DNA from: Geosiphon pyriformis uo1
Taxonomy: Eukaryota > Fungi > Glomeromycota
Length of the DNA: 64,000 nucleotides
Reading direction: 5' to 3'
NCBI GenBank assembly: GCA_016748015.1
Contig: JAAOMT010000070.1
Coordinates: 364,761-428,760, forward strand
The translations under genes were made by a program, and so were the position numbers. The notes under the pieces were generated by a model. The model saw only the letters and a list, made by a program, of their open reading frames with translations. It did no database searches and was not told the DNA's origin. Shown one piece after another: positions 27,001 through 39,600 of the stretch (the stretch's first letter is position 1; the number at the start of each line of letters is the position of its first letter).

Positions 27001-28723
27001 GGTCTTCGTCCGGTGCGCTGCACGCAGTCATAGACGAGAGTTTCTTCTTGCAAACCAAGCATTCTAGCTTTGGTCTGCATCGCTGGTGGTTTCTTCGTGA
27101 ACTTACCTGGTTCCATTTGGATCTTTCTTTGCTGGTCCACGTTGGTACGGCTGGTAGTCCTGTTTTTTGGTCATCAGCCCAAGAGAGCTGATAGGTTTTG
27201 ATGGCTGGTAGTGCTGGATTTTTCTCAAATTCGAAGGTAGGTCTTTGGTTGGCGCTGGGTTTTTGGAAGTGGCCACAGGTGGCTGGAATTTTGGCCTGGT
27301 GGCCATTATAATTGATCAGAAGCTCTTGGGTGGTCCAGTCTAGGGTGGCGTTGGCTTTTGTTAGCCAGTCATTCCCTACTAACGCTTGATATTGTGTAGC
27401 GTCCATTACTAATACTTTTGTAGGTATTACTATGCCGTTAATTTTGAAAGGGAATGAGTCGATTTCGCCATAAAGCAGCTTTGTACTTCTATCGGCTGTT
27501 ATGATTTGGGACGTCGTGGCATGATCAACTTTGAAACCCAGTTGGTTTACTAGTTGAAGCGTTACAATGCTTCCAGCGGATCCGCTGTCTAAGATAAGTT
27601 TGATTGGAGTATTGTTTACAGTGGCTTCCGTATACATAGCAGTAATTGGGCATTTTTCGTCCAATGCTGCTCCACTGAACATAGCCTCGTTTTCCTCTAA
27701 TTCAAAAGAAAAAATAGCTGCGAGGCTGCTATCTTCGGTGGCAACTGCTGGTGGNNNNNNNNNNNNNNNNNNNNNNNNNNNNNNNNNNNNNNNNNNNNNN
27801 NNNNNNNNNNNNNNNNNNNNNNNNNNNNNNNNNNNNNNNNNNNNNNNNNNNNNNNNNNNNNNNNNNNNNNNNNNNNNNNNNNNNNNNNNNNNNNNNNNNN
27901 NNNNNNNNNNNNNNNNNNNNNNNNNNNNNNNNNNNNNNNNNNNNNNNNNNNNNNNNNAATGTCCTACGCGTTTGCAAAAATGGCAGGCGCGTGTTTCTGT
28001 TCTGAATTCCTGGCACGACGGGCGATTATTTCGACTGTCGCTGACTTCCTGGCTGTGTCTTTGGGGTGGTTGGTATGTATTTTTTCTCGGATCCGGGATG
28101 AGGTAACTTTCTATTTTCTTAGAGAGTTCCTCCCCTAATTGCGTTACTCTTTTCTCTAATGTTTCTGTCTTATTTTCCTCCATTACCATGTTAACCATTT
28201 GACTATGGTTAGCTTCTTTCTCAGCCGATTCAAGGGCTCTGGCGAGCGTAACGGCTTCTGGTAAGGAATTAGAGTGGGCAGGGCGTACTCTTCCTAAAAT
28301 GCTGCTTTTTAATCCTCTAATAAACTGATTTAAAACCTGAAGATCAGTGTAGTATCCTTGTTCAATTGCTTCAATTTGACGGTGAATTCGATTGAATCGA
28401 GCAAGATATTGGATGACAGTTTCACTGGTATTTTGCTTGATAGTATTGAATTTGTTCTGTAGTTGGATTACGGCATTTGGGTCGCTAAAATACTTCAGGA
28501 GTGCATTTTTAAATTTGGCAAAGCTCGTGGGTTTTGTTTCCAGGCTTTGATACCACAAGTCGGCTGTGTCTTTCAGGAAGAAAGATAATGTTTGAATTGC
28601 TCTTTGGTCGTTCCAGTTATTTGCCTGGATGGCTTTTTGTGCTTCTCTGAGCCATGTGTGCATGTCCGTTTCTTCTTCCTCTCCTGAGAAATCTGTTAGT
28701 CTTGCAATGTATGGTGTGGTCAT
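24077..28723 (-). pseudogene. gag-PR-Cys domain-dUTPase-RT-RNase H polyprotein of element 3, with three nonsense mutations
   Basis: ORFs 26924-28723, 25445-26719, 24539-25375 and 24077-24478 share one frame. The internal stops TAG/TGA/TGA can be explained from TGG/CGA/TGG. The gag-PR frame across the N gap is unverified. Confidence 0.9.
25903..26300 (-). other. dUTPase domain of element 3, all five motifs present
   Basis: AGFDL, SRSSL, GVIDSGYTG, KIAQAI and RGTFGFGSTG. Confidence 0.95.
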
Positions 28724-29728
28724 TTTGTTGCCGTTTTCTGCTGGTGGGTTTATTGGTCTAAGAGGAGGTGGGATGATATTTCCTTGAGCGTTCCTAAAGG
28801 TGGCTTCCCTTATATCTGGTTCTTCCTCTTGATTATGAGTTTCTTGGTTTTTGGACTGGCTGCTTGTTCCAGTGACTGGTCTTGTGATTGTTTTTTCGCT
28901 GGTCTCTTTTTCGGATTCTGATTCAGACTCCTCTTCATGGTTTTCAAACCCCGTTCTAAATTTTGGCTGAAAAAGAGGGTTTTGGAATAGTGATGAATAT
29001 CCTCCTGTAATTGGTATGTCTCCCCAGTTACATTGTTTAATTTTATCAATATAACTAGGAGTTTTTGGCGTTTGTGGAGTTGATGTTGATGATGATGCAG
29101 CTCTTAATGGAATTTGTATCTTATTTTCTGGTGAAAAATGGTATGATTTATTTTCTGGTGAATAAATACATTGTTTTTTTTTATTGATTGAGTGACAGTT
29201 TTCTTTGGCGTTTGAGCTGGTGTTTCTAGTTTTTGCTGGTTACTTTCCTGATTAGTTTCTAAATTTTCTTTGGTTTTGTTGGCGCATTCCCTAGTGTTTC
29301 CTGTGAATATTGGAAAATTTTCGTTGGCGTATTGCTCAATTTCTTGATGGATTTTGACAATAGTTGTGGCTATTACTGCTACTTCTTTTGTAGTGTATTG
29401 TGATAATTCTCTATACAATCCAAGTTTTGCNNNNNNNNNNNNNNNNNNNNNNNNNNNNNNNNNNNNNNNNNNNNNNNNNNNNNNNNNNNNNNNNNNNNNN
29501 NNNNNNNNNNNNNNNNNNNNNNNNNNNNNNNNNNNNNNNNNNNNNNNNNNNNNNNNNNNNNNNNNNNNNNNNNNNNNNNNNNNNNNNNNNNNNNNNNNNN
29601 NNNNNNNNNNNNNNNNNNNNNNNNNNNNNNNNNNNNNNNNNAGATTAGGGGTTTTTGTCGCCACTTTTGTCTTTTCCTTTTTAGCAATGAATTATTGCTA
29701 ATTATTATTTCCTTTTTGATTTTCTTTC

Positions 29729-29746
29729 CTCATAGGGTTCACCAAA
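29729..29746 (-). promoter_or_regulatory. Primer-binding site of element 3
   Basis: TTTGGTGAACCCTATGAG directly follows the LTR end GTAACA. Its complement CTCAT-AGGGTTC-A-CCA has tRNA 3'-end geometry; the tRNA is not identified. Confidence 0.8.
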
Positions 29747-30373
29747 TGTTACAGGATGGTTTTCTTGTTATATTTAATTGCTGATATCCCGCTTTAATTA
29801 CAATCAGTCTTTCGTGAGTTCCTCAATTCTATTTGTGTGATAATGTCACTGTTACACTGAAGGCTTTCTTTTTACTATTGCGATGTAAGTTATTCTTTAA
29901 TTCTTGATTGTTGTGTGTGTTTATGTACTTCTTCTCAGAGGCTGAACTGAAATCTACCCACTGTCTGGGGTCTTCTCTGAGGCTATCCTTGCAATTGCCT
30001 GATGTGTTTCTCTAATCTAGAAACACAGAATGTTAATGGTCTTTAGCACTTTTCTAATTCTCACAATAAAGCTTTTATCAATTAGTAACAACATGAATAA
30101 TTTTGATCAAGGATTATTCTTCCAAGGGATTTAGTTGATGAATGATAGTTTCATTCAATAAATAATACAAGTAAGTTTCTTAATACTTTGGGTTGTGATA
30201 GTTCCATTTTAAATATTTTTTTTCATTTCTTTTTGATTTTTAAAGGTTTCTTGGGATATTTAATTTAAAAGTATGATTTGATAAGTTATGATTTTTATTA
30301 CTTGATTGATTCTTTCCCAATATTAAAACTACTGTATATATACATGTTTGTAGTTCTACAAGAAAATACTTTC
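29747..30373 (-). repeat. 5' LTR of element 3 (truncated by a gap)
   Basis: Copy of 21541-22167. Confidence 0.92.
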
Positions 30374-30461
30374 NNNNNNNNNNNNNNNNNNNNNNNNNNN
30401 NNNNNNNNNNNNNNNNNNNNNNNNNNNNNNNNNNNNNNNNNNNNNNNNNNNNNNNNNNNNN

Positions 30462-32950
30462 ATTAAAAGTCTTTTATTAAACTAATTACTAAATCAAATG
30501 ATTCAACTTTTTTAAATTTAAAAAAAACAGAAAGAAAAAAACCAAAACTTTCTAATAATAACAAGTTGTTAGAATTAGAAAAAACTTTCTAATTTTGGAG
30601 TTCAAGTATTTTTGCCAGATTCAATATATGAAGTTTATATAAAACAAATACAGAAGCTAAAAGATATTAATCAGCAATTATTATCTAAGAATATAATATT
30701 AAAGAAACAATTAGATAAAGCATTTAATAATTAACAAAGTCATATTAAATTTATAACAAAAATCACCAAAAAAGAATAAGATAATTTGTATAATAATATA
30801 ATAAGTTTAAAAAAAAATCATAAACATTTTAATCTAAATAGTCTTTTAGAGTATTATTCTTTAACATAATTTGTAAAATGAAATCCAGTTATTGTAAAAT
30901 TTATTAAAACTCTTACTTATAATGAAGATAAATATCAAAATAAAAAGAAAAATTTTTTTAAGTATACTATAGCAATTAATACTATATATGGATCAAAACA
31001 CTTAAAATATGTTTTCATTATTAATTTAGCTACTTTAGCAATCAAATATTCAGTAGTAAAATCAAAAATAGTCATTGATATTGATAATCATATTATAAGT
31101 TTTGATTGCTATAAAAAGTTTACTAATTGGTTAGAAAGTTTGACTATAGAACAGTCAAAGCTTTCCAAAGAATTTTTATTTTTAGTCTTTAAAAATGAAC
31201 AAAAAAGTCAAAAAATTACTTAGATCACAGATATAATACAATCATATTCAATATTATTATGAGTTTTGTTGCTTTTAATTATGATCAAATTAATAATATT
31301 CAAAATATAAATTCTTGATTGTATTCTGAACTTCTCAAAAAAGAATATGAAAAATTATTTTCTTTAACTTTAGGTATAATAAATGAAATTTATAAAGAAC
31401 TTACTAATTATTTTACTATTATTTTAGGAGAGTTTTGTGTAAAGAAAAGTCAAGAAACAAATATAATTAATAAATTAGTACAACATTAAAGCCAAATTGG
31501 TTCTCTAAAAAAATGCCCAGCTTGTCAATTGTCTAACATTGATAATAAGAAACAAGTTTGTTTTGTATGTTATAACAAATTACCAACAATTACCAAGATA
31601 AATCAATTGAATAAATCAGTTGACATTGTTGAAAAACTTATTCCTCATTCTTACACATTTGAAAATACACAATTGTATTCGGAAATTAAGATTTATATGC
31701 CATAATTATATGTTTCTGATCTAATAACCATAAATTCAAACTTAATTGCCAATATTCAAAAGGTTTTTGAGTATATTGAAGAACTATGAAGCATTAAAAA
31801 TAGTAGTTGTAAATAAATTGTAGTAATATATAATGGAGTATCTTATTATTGTGCATAAACAATCAAAAAAGATTTTTTTTGGCTTATATTGGTTCCAGAT
31901 GCTTTTCATGAAAAAATAAATATGCTAAAAACATTTGTTAAGCTAAATTAAAATATTAATATAAAATACTTTGCACAATGTTAAGGATATTAGAGTAAAA
32001 GTCAATTGCAGTTTTTTAAAAAATGTCTTGATTATTATAAGTTATAGAATTTAATATGTAATATATATAGGCATACAATGACTTTCAAATTAATATGGCT
32101 ATATATTGTTTTTAAAAAAAATTCATCTGTTAAAGATTACTTAAAATAGGCCCAAAATGAAACAAATACTATGTTTAGGTTAAAGTATGAACAAGTTTTT
32201 TTTTATTTACAAACAATTATTAATTTTTGCATTGAAGTTTATTTCAATAAATTTTCATTAAAACTTATGGTTAGACAAATGTTTACATCAATTTGGTCTG
32301 CTTAGTATTATTCTATTTATCAATTAATTGAAATTGTTGATGAAACAATAGTTATGATTAAAGCCTGAAGTTTGCAAGCTGATTCAAGAAAAAATTGTAA
32401 TTTTTCTCAATCTAAACTTTTAAATCAACATCAAAACCATGATGTAATACTTGAAGAAATTAACAAAATGCTTAAATTGTTAATTTCTTTTACATCTTCA
32501 CAATGGCATTGAGAAATTGTAGTACATAACTATATTAAATTTAAGAGATTGTGTATTAATCTCTTTAATGTTATCAGATATTCTAAAAGTAAAATATACA
32601 GGTCTTATATACATCCTAGCTTTATTGCTAAATCAAATTGATTTCAAGTTCAGATAAAAAAGACACAGTTTGTAAATCCAAATGTCTTTAATTGTGTTTT
32701 TCATAATATTGGCCATGAATAAATATTAAGCAAAGAAATAAAAAAATTCAGTAAAATTGCATGAATAAAAAAAATAGACTTTTTTAAAGCAAGACAAATT
32801 AAGAAAACATTGTTAAGTATTTAGAAACCAATTCCAGTAACAAATAAAGAAGCAAATCATCAAAAAATGTAAATCTGTTAATAAAATCACAACTATTATC
32901 TATTATTAACTCTCTAATATTTCTTTTAAGTAATTATGTTTTCAAAGCTT
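30462..32950 (+). pseudogene. Decayed DDE-type DNA transposase (Academ/DUF6589-like; tentative)
   Basis: Ordered remnants FKNEQKSQKNYLD, CPAC-x10-CFVC, YNGVSY, PDAFHEKINMLK and HDVILEEINK resemble the DN / DG / GxxH / DxxxExxN motifs. Many stops. Confidence 0.55.
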
Positions 32951-34329
32951 ATCAAGTTAATTATGTAACAGCTTAATAAATATCTTTTAAAAAGTTAGAA
33001 ATATATTGTATTGTGTACAGTTTTGTTTATATTGAGTTGGGTGTATTATTATTTATAATTAGAACTGTAATCAATTAATATACAATGTTTGTATTTTTGA
33101 AGATGTTAACTATAAACCCAATGTCTATAATGTAATTGTTTTTATGGTGGATGATGATTTTGATATATGCAGCTTAAAAGTTGCATGGAATATAAATTGT
33201 GATCATTATGACACTAATGCTTATATTGTTCAATATAATATTTGATAAAATTCTTGTCTAAAGCTGCAATGTAAAGATTATGGGTCAGGTCTTTTTGCTA
33301 ATACATGTCTTGTGAGATTTTAAACTCTATCCAGTTCTATTATTTAAACACATAGTTGAGGTATCTACCAGTTGCTAAAAAAAAGACCACTGGATAAGTT
33401 TTATAAAGCTTTGGCAACTACTATTGTTAATTGTTTGATAGTAATAATTTCCAATACATGGCTCTTTGCCACTTCTTCCTATTAACTCTTATTTACAACA
33501 TTTTTCACAAACTGAAGAATTCAAATCACATATAAAAATCTTATTGGCTATTAAAATTGGACTTAGTGCCAATACTGCTATTGTATTATATATACCCATT
33601 TTTAAAACATAATATGTTGAGTTTAGATCCAGATTTCTATTTTGTGTGATTATGTTTAAATTATGAAAAACATTTAACACATATTTATTTGTCCCAAAAA
33701 AGTTGATTTTTAATATATCTTTAAAACTATCAGTCAAACTTTTACTCACTAATACTAAATATTAGTCAAATGATAAATATGATTGCTAGTATAGTTTTTT
33801 TTAATTGCAGATGCCAAAGTTGATATGAAAACATATTTATTGGGTATATATTAGAATTTTTATGCTCTGAGTTTTATTACTGGTCATATTTTTTTTCCTA
33901 AAAAAAAAAAAATTTGAACTTTATTCTCAATTGATTTGCTTAAGCAATGTCTCATTAACAAACTTGTTTCTGAAGGATTTCATTGGGCCATTATTCTCAT
34001 TTGTAAGTTTGTTAATTCTTTCTCTCAATATGGAAAATAAGTAATCTTATTAGCCAAAGTTTGATTCAGAATAACTTTATTGATATCTATAGTAACAGCT
34101 TCCAAAGTACTACCAGTTTCTAAAGCACTACTAATTTCCAAAACACCAAGAACAGCAGTACTGTACCATATGTCAACTATTATTAAAACTCTTATAATAC
34201 TTACAAACAACAAACCAGATATAATAGTTCTATTATTGTCTTCTGATGACAATAGTAACTTATAAAAAAGAAGAGTAATTGAATGTTGTAATATTTCAGA
34301 AATTTTGTTTAGTGCTCTACAATTGTTTC

Positions 34330-35660
34330 CAAAAACTTCTCTACTTTTTTTTACTATTATAAAAAAAATAATTTCTATTGACAAATTAGGAAATCTCTCT
34401 GACTATAATAAAAATAAGTCAACTGAAAAAAATTTTTATTTAAAACAAATTTCTTATAACTTTTTTTGCAATAAAAACAAAAAACTTTTATATTTTATAT
34501 TCTTAAAAAAAGTACCAAAAACATCCATATTTTTTACAACAAACCAAATTTAATTTAATCCAAAAAAGTTTTATATTACCAAAAATTAATTTTATAAAAA
34601 AAACTAATTTTAGATTATTATCTAATTCAAAACCAATTACAATACAATAAGCTTTATTGCTAGTCTTATATAAATAGTTAATTATACAAATTTTTTTATT
34701 AGTTTTTTTTAATAAAACACCAAGATTATAAACAGTTGTTTTTATAGACAAAATAAATAAAAGCACTTTAAATTAATTCTTAAATATTTAAATATCTTAA
34801 TTTTTTATAGCTTTAGCCATATACACTGAATTTTTTTTGATTAAAATTAAAAAATCAACTTAATTTAATTTAGAAAATTCCATTATAGTTTTTTACTATA
34901 GCCTAATTAATTATAATTGAATTAACTTTATTCAATTAAACTTGGCTATTGTAGCAATAATCATAATTTTTAGCATATTTATAAAAAATTTTTTAATAAA
35001 CACAGTCTGATTTAAATAAAACTCTTGTTTTTTAAAATTATTGTTTATTATAATACTATTTTTACCAGCTAAAAACACAGCTTTTTTTATGTTTTCTTTA
35101 GAAATAAGCATAAATTTAATAATTTTTTCAAATTTTAAAAAAATAATATTCTTTTAAAACTATTTATTTTGAAAAAAAACTTTTTGATAATTTGTATTTT
35201 CATTATAGTCAAATTTTTTTTAATTATTAAAAAATTGATATCCAAAACAAAAAATTTTTTAACAGAAATTTTTACTTAATTTTTTAAAATTTTAAGATTA
35301 ATCTATTTTTTGTTTAAAGAAATATTAAGAAAAAATAAAAAAAATTCATTATTTTTTTCTATATTAAAATTAAGAAACTAAATAAAAAACCACAAACCAA
35401 ATTAGTATTTATTTTTTTGGCTTTGAAAATAGTAACTGTAAAATTCAGAAAAAACTTATTATTAAAACCAATTATAATACTGTTATTTTTATTATTATTA
35501 AACTTATTCTTCATATCTAAATAGACATCTTTATTAAAATTAAACTTGACCAAAAAAATATTTTTATTATTATAATGTTACCAAAAAAACTTTCTTCTTT
35601 TTAAAAAAAAAACTATTAACAAAATTATAAAAAGTCTCTTTAGATACTTTTTTTTTAGAT
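34330..35660 (-). mobile_element. AT-eroded LINE ORF1 relic
   Basis: ORF 34503-34766 (LLFILSIKTTVYNLGVLL..KKICIIN) matches LLFTLPVETTVHDLGDLL..GKTCVIN. Confidence 0.75.
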
Positions 35661-35664
35661 ATGT

Positions 35665-36478
35665 TATTTTTTTTATTTTTTATTAAGCATTTTATGAGTA
35701 AAGTCCAACCACTGTCTAGTATACAGAGCCAAACTAAGAGGCCCAAACTAAATACAGCTCATATACATACTACATGTGGCTAGCCACTTAGGCCAGACAA
35801 GGCAATACTATACACTTATAATGACATGAAGACTGAAATCCAAACCAGAAAAAAAAAGACTAGGTCTATGATGGCCAAAGCTAACAGAAAATAAACCCAA
35901 AACACCAAGCATCCAAACCATATCATCAGACAACACAGATGCCTTACAACGTAACAAACCTGATATTACTCTATTGTCTCCAACTGAACCAACTTTCTCT
36001 ATGCTTATTCTATAACTAGATCTTACTAGCCAAACTTTACAACGATGCATTTCAGCAATACTTCTTATAAAATTAACAACAATGCCAACAGCCATCTTCC
36101 TGTCCTCAAGGACCCCAACAGCTTCTGAGCACCAATCACTCATGACAAATCTCTTACACATAATTGAATACAAGCTGATATCTAAGAAACAACAACTGAG
36201 AAACCACAGAACAGCAAAAGAGGGCAAAACATGAGAACTCATCAAGGAAACCCAAGATGCAACAGTCTTAGCAAGGATCTCATTATGGACATCAGCATTC
36301 ATGACACAAAAAAACAAATGATCAGGCAACTCCACCTCTCTACACAATAAGCACAGCACACCAGGATAATTTCTGTCATACAATCTCTTTTGAACAGCCA
36401 CAGGGAGGCAATGGTGCACAGTTTTTATCAAATAAGACCACAGTACAGAAGACTTCCAGCTAGTAAACCCAGCAATAT
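35665..36478 (-). mobile_element. 5'-truncated LINE: C-terminal zinc finger, 3' UTR and A-rich tail
   Basis: ORF 35808-36431 contains CLLCREVELPDHLFFC; the 3' UTR resembles 36531-36663. Confidence 0.85.
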
Positions 36479-36663
36479 GTTATTACTTGAAGTAGTTTCC
36501 AAATTTACAATAAAAAGATTATTTAATTAATTTTTTTTTTTTTATATTTATTGAGTGAAGTTCAAACACTACCTAATACTATACATCAAATAATTGATCT
36601 AAATTAGGCATGAATCATGCACTTTCTACACGTGACTAGCCATTCAGACCAATCAGAACAACA

Positions 36664-39600
36664 CTATGCACCTATATGAATGGAAACTGCATTTAAAGTA
36701 CTTGAAATGAACAATTTAAATTTATGCAAACCAAACCTATTATCCAATGCATCATCAATACCCAACAACTTGACAACCCCAGCCGAATACAAGAAATACA
36801 GACCAGAAATAGTAACTGGCATAGAACTGTCTTGAGGAATTAACCCATGTTTCTCCATAAATACATGATGTTTGACATGGACCAACCAAACCTCATCTCT
36901 AAAAGCTAGGCAAAAATCATGGACAAAGTCCACAATTTTTGTACCAGCAAGTTTCAGATCACCAAAAACAGAAACCGCCTCAAAAAACCAATCATTAAAA
37001 ACAAAGCCTTTGTATAGAGCAACATGGACTGAGGTGTCAAAAACGCATGAAGAAAGAGTTTGTAGCATGTGAGAAAAAGAACAATGAAGGCCAGAAATAC
37101 CTTCCTATTTAACTGCAAAATCACCAAGCAGCCAATCATGACTAGCAGAGTCAGAATCACAGGAAAAGACATGGTTCAAGACCTCTACACACCCACAATA
37201 CAAGCAAACTACATTAGGGTAACTTCTATCATAAAGGCATTTGCGAATGGCCACAGGCAGTCTATAATGTAGAGCTTTCATAAAATACGTGCGCAAACCA
37301 GCAGTCCGCATACTGGTGAAGCCAGCAGCTATGTGTGAATCGGAATGCCAAACAGAAGAAGACCTGTGCCAATTGATATCAGTGAACAATTTGCCAGCGA
37401 CAGCTCTAGTACCCGAACTAAAACCCCAACGTGAACGGTGAATGGACTGATAAATGTCATGCACAAAATGCCTAGAATTACCCAAAACAGGACTACTACC
37501 AGCCAGGATAAACTGCTCATTCAGCTGGGGGGGAAAAACAAAATCAGAAAGAGCCACACAGCCAGCCAGTTCATTAGCCCAGTCATTACCTATAACACCA
37601 GAATGTCTTTTAACCTTACATCAGCTGACATCCAACTTCTTAGCATGAACAAGATCAGCAATATGATGACACTCCACCCAACAACTATTCCGAAAATCCA
37701 GATGCGTCAAACTCAATTCCGACCTGCAGGTGTTTAACATGGCCTGACTATCCGAAAATAAGCAAACTTTGCTAATTGCAGAAACACACTTGAGAGCAAG
37801 TGCAATAGCTTGCAATTTTGCCAAAGTAGATAATAACAAACCCGAGACTCTAATACCCAAACCCATATTAATATTATCAAAGAAAACCACCACACCCAAT
37901 TTAACACTGAGAGTACTCAAACCAGCCAAGGATCTATTGGTATAAACTGAAAAGCTATCAGCACCCAATCCCAACAAATAATTATGAACCAAATCAAAAT
38001 TAATGGATTCTAAGACATTAGGAGCAAAAGAAACGCCCACCGACCAGTCATAAACAGAAGAAAATAACTCTGCACTACCAAGATAACCAACAGAAACACT
38101 AAACCAATTAGAAATAGGGCCACGCAGGTCCAGCCTTTTCCAACGCTTGAAAGTCTTCCAATCAAAAACATTACCATTGCAATGACGTAATTGTTTCACA
38201 AAGGCAATTCCATACTGCCGAAGTAAAAAAAGACACTTAGAAAATTTCACCTTCCCAAGAACCAAAGACATAGGAATACCATGGGAAAATCGGAATGTAC
38301 TGGAGCCAAGACTACTAAAAAATAAACTGCAATCAGCAAAAATATGAACCACACTTGCCAGAAAATTGTTCGAGAGATTCAATTTTAAACAAGCTGGGGA
38401 GACCAAAGGGTGCACAGGACACCAGCTCAGAGTCTGTAAGTTATAAGATCTATGGAGAAACAAATGACCCAGGATTCCAACAGCATTGGCAAAACACACT
38501 ACAGACGCCAATTTACCCTCAGCCTAAATCTGTTCAAAAGTTTTTAAGCCATAAAGAGAGGGGTGATAAAAAGCATTATTGGGGAAGTCTGAAGGAAGAC
38601 CCACTTTGGATTTGAAGCCTTTATGAATCAAAGCATTCTATTTACAGCAAACACTAAGTGGAACAAAACTAAACTGCATTTTATAACTGACAATGGGGTG
38701 AAGAACTACTAAAACCAAATATGAGAACTGCTTATTAGAGATGGTCTTCTTCAGGACGAGATTGGTGAAAAACCAGACATCTGAATGTGCCTTGGCCAAA
38801 CTGGGCTTTGATAAACCATCCATAGACAGAAAGATGCCCAAATACTGGTGAGGTTCCCCTTTCTTGGCAAAAGAAATAAGTGCATCACTGATTGTCAGAA
38901 AGGGGCTTACAACCTTACAGTTAATGGGAATTGCCACTGTTTTATCATTGTTTATTAAAATATCATTAATTCTAAAAAATTCACTAGCAACATTGAGAAT
39001 GTGTTGTGTTGCAGTCTGACTGCTGCCAACCCAAATTGTATCATTCACAAAAGCACCAGCAGCAAAGAAAGAGGAAAAACCAGCCTGAGGTTTAACACAA
39101 CCAGTCTTAGCAACAAAATGAGAATTCAATCTATATCCACAAAATTCTTCTTGCCTCTTGACTTCACACAAAAGAGGATCATAAAATATATGCCAGAGAA
39201 GAAGTGAGAACACTTCCTCTTGATCGAGACCATCATGGACTTGATAACCATTAGTTAAGCCAAAGTCAATCATTACTCTGTTGACTTGGTTATCATGAAT
39301 GCCACCAAAAAATCAAATGAATCTGCCACACATTTTAATCCTAATCAGACTCTTTTTTAAATGCTCCCAGCTAACAGAATCATAGGTCTTCTTCATGTCC
39401 TGCAACACCAGCCAAAGCTCACGGTTCTTCTCTAGAGCATTTTAAACCACAGAGCCAACAGCAAAAATAGAAAACTGTGTTGTCGTACCTTTCAAAACTG
39501 AAAAATTGTTTCCATGAAGAATGTTGTGAGTACTGCATGCCAAAGAAATCCTGTCTGAGAGGATCTTTGAAAGGATCTTATGAGTGGTTTCAATCAAAGC

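Larger units (their letters stand above)
21541..30373 (-). mobile_element. Ty3/Gypsy element 3, near full-length and youngest; contains assembly gaps
   Basis: LTR pair at 21541 and 29747; PBS; gag (CHFCKRVGH), PR (LILDSGSAGS), dUTPase, RT (YLDD), RNase H (LATDASG) and integrase (HSDIHSGH..CDPC, DDE). Confidence 0.96.
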
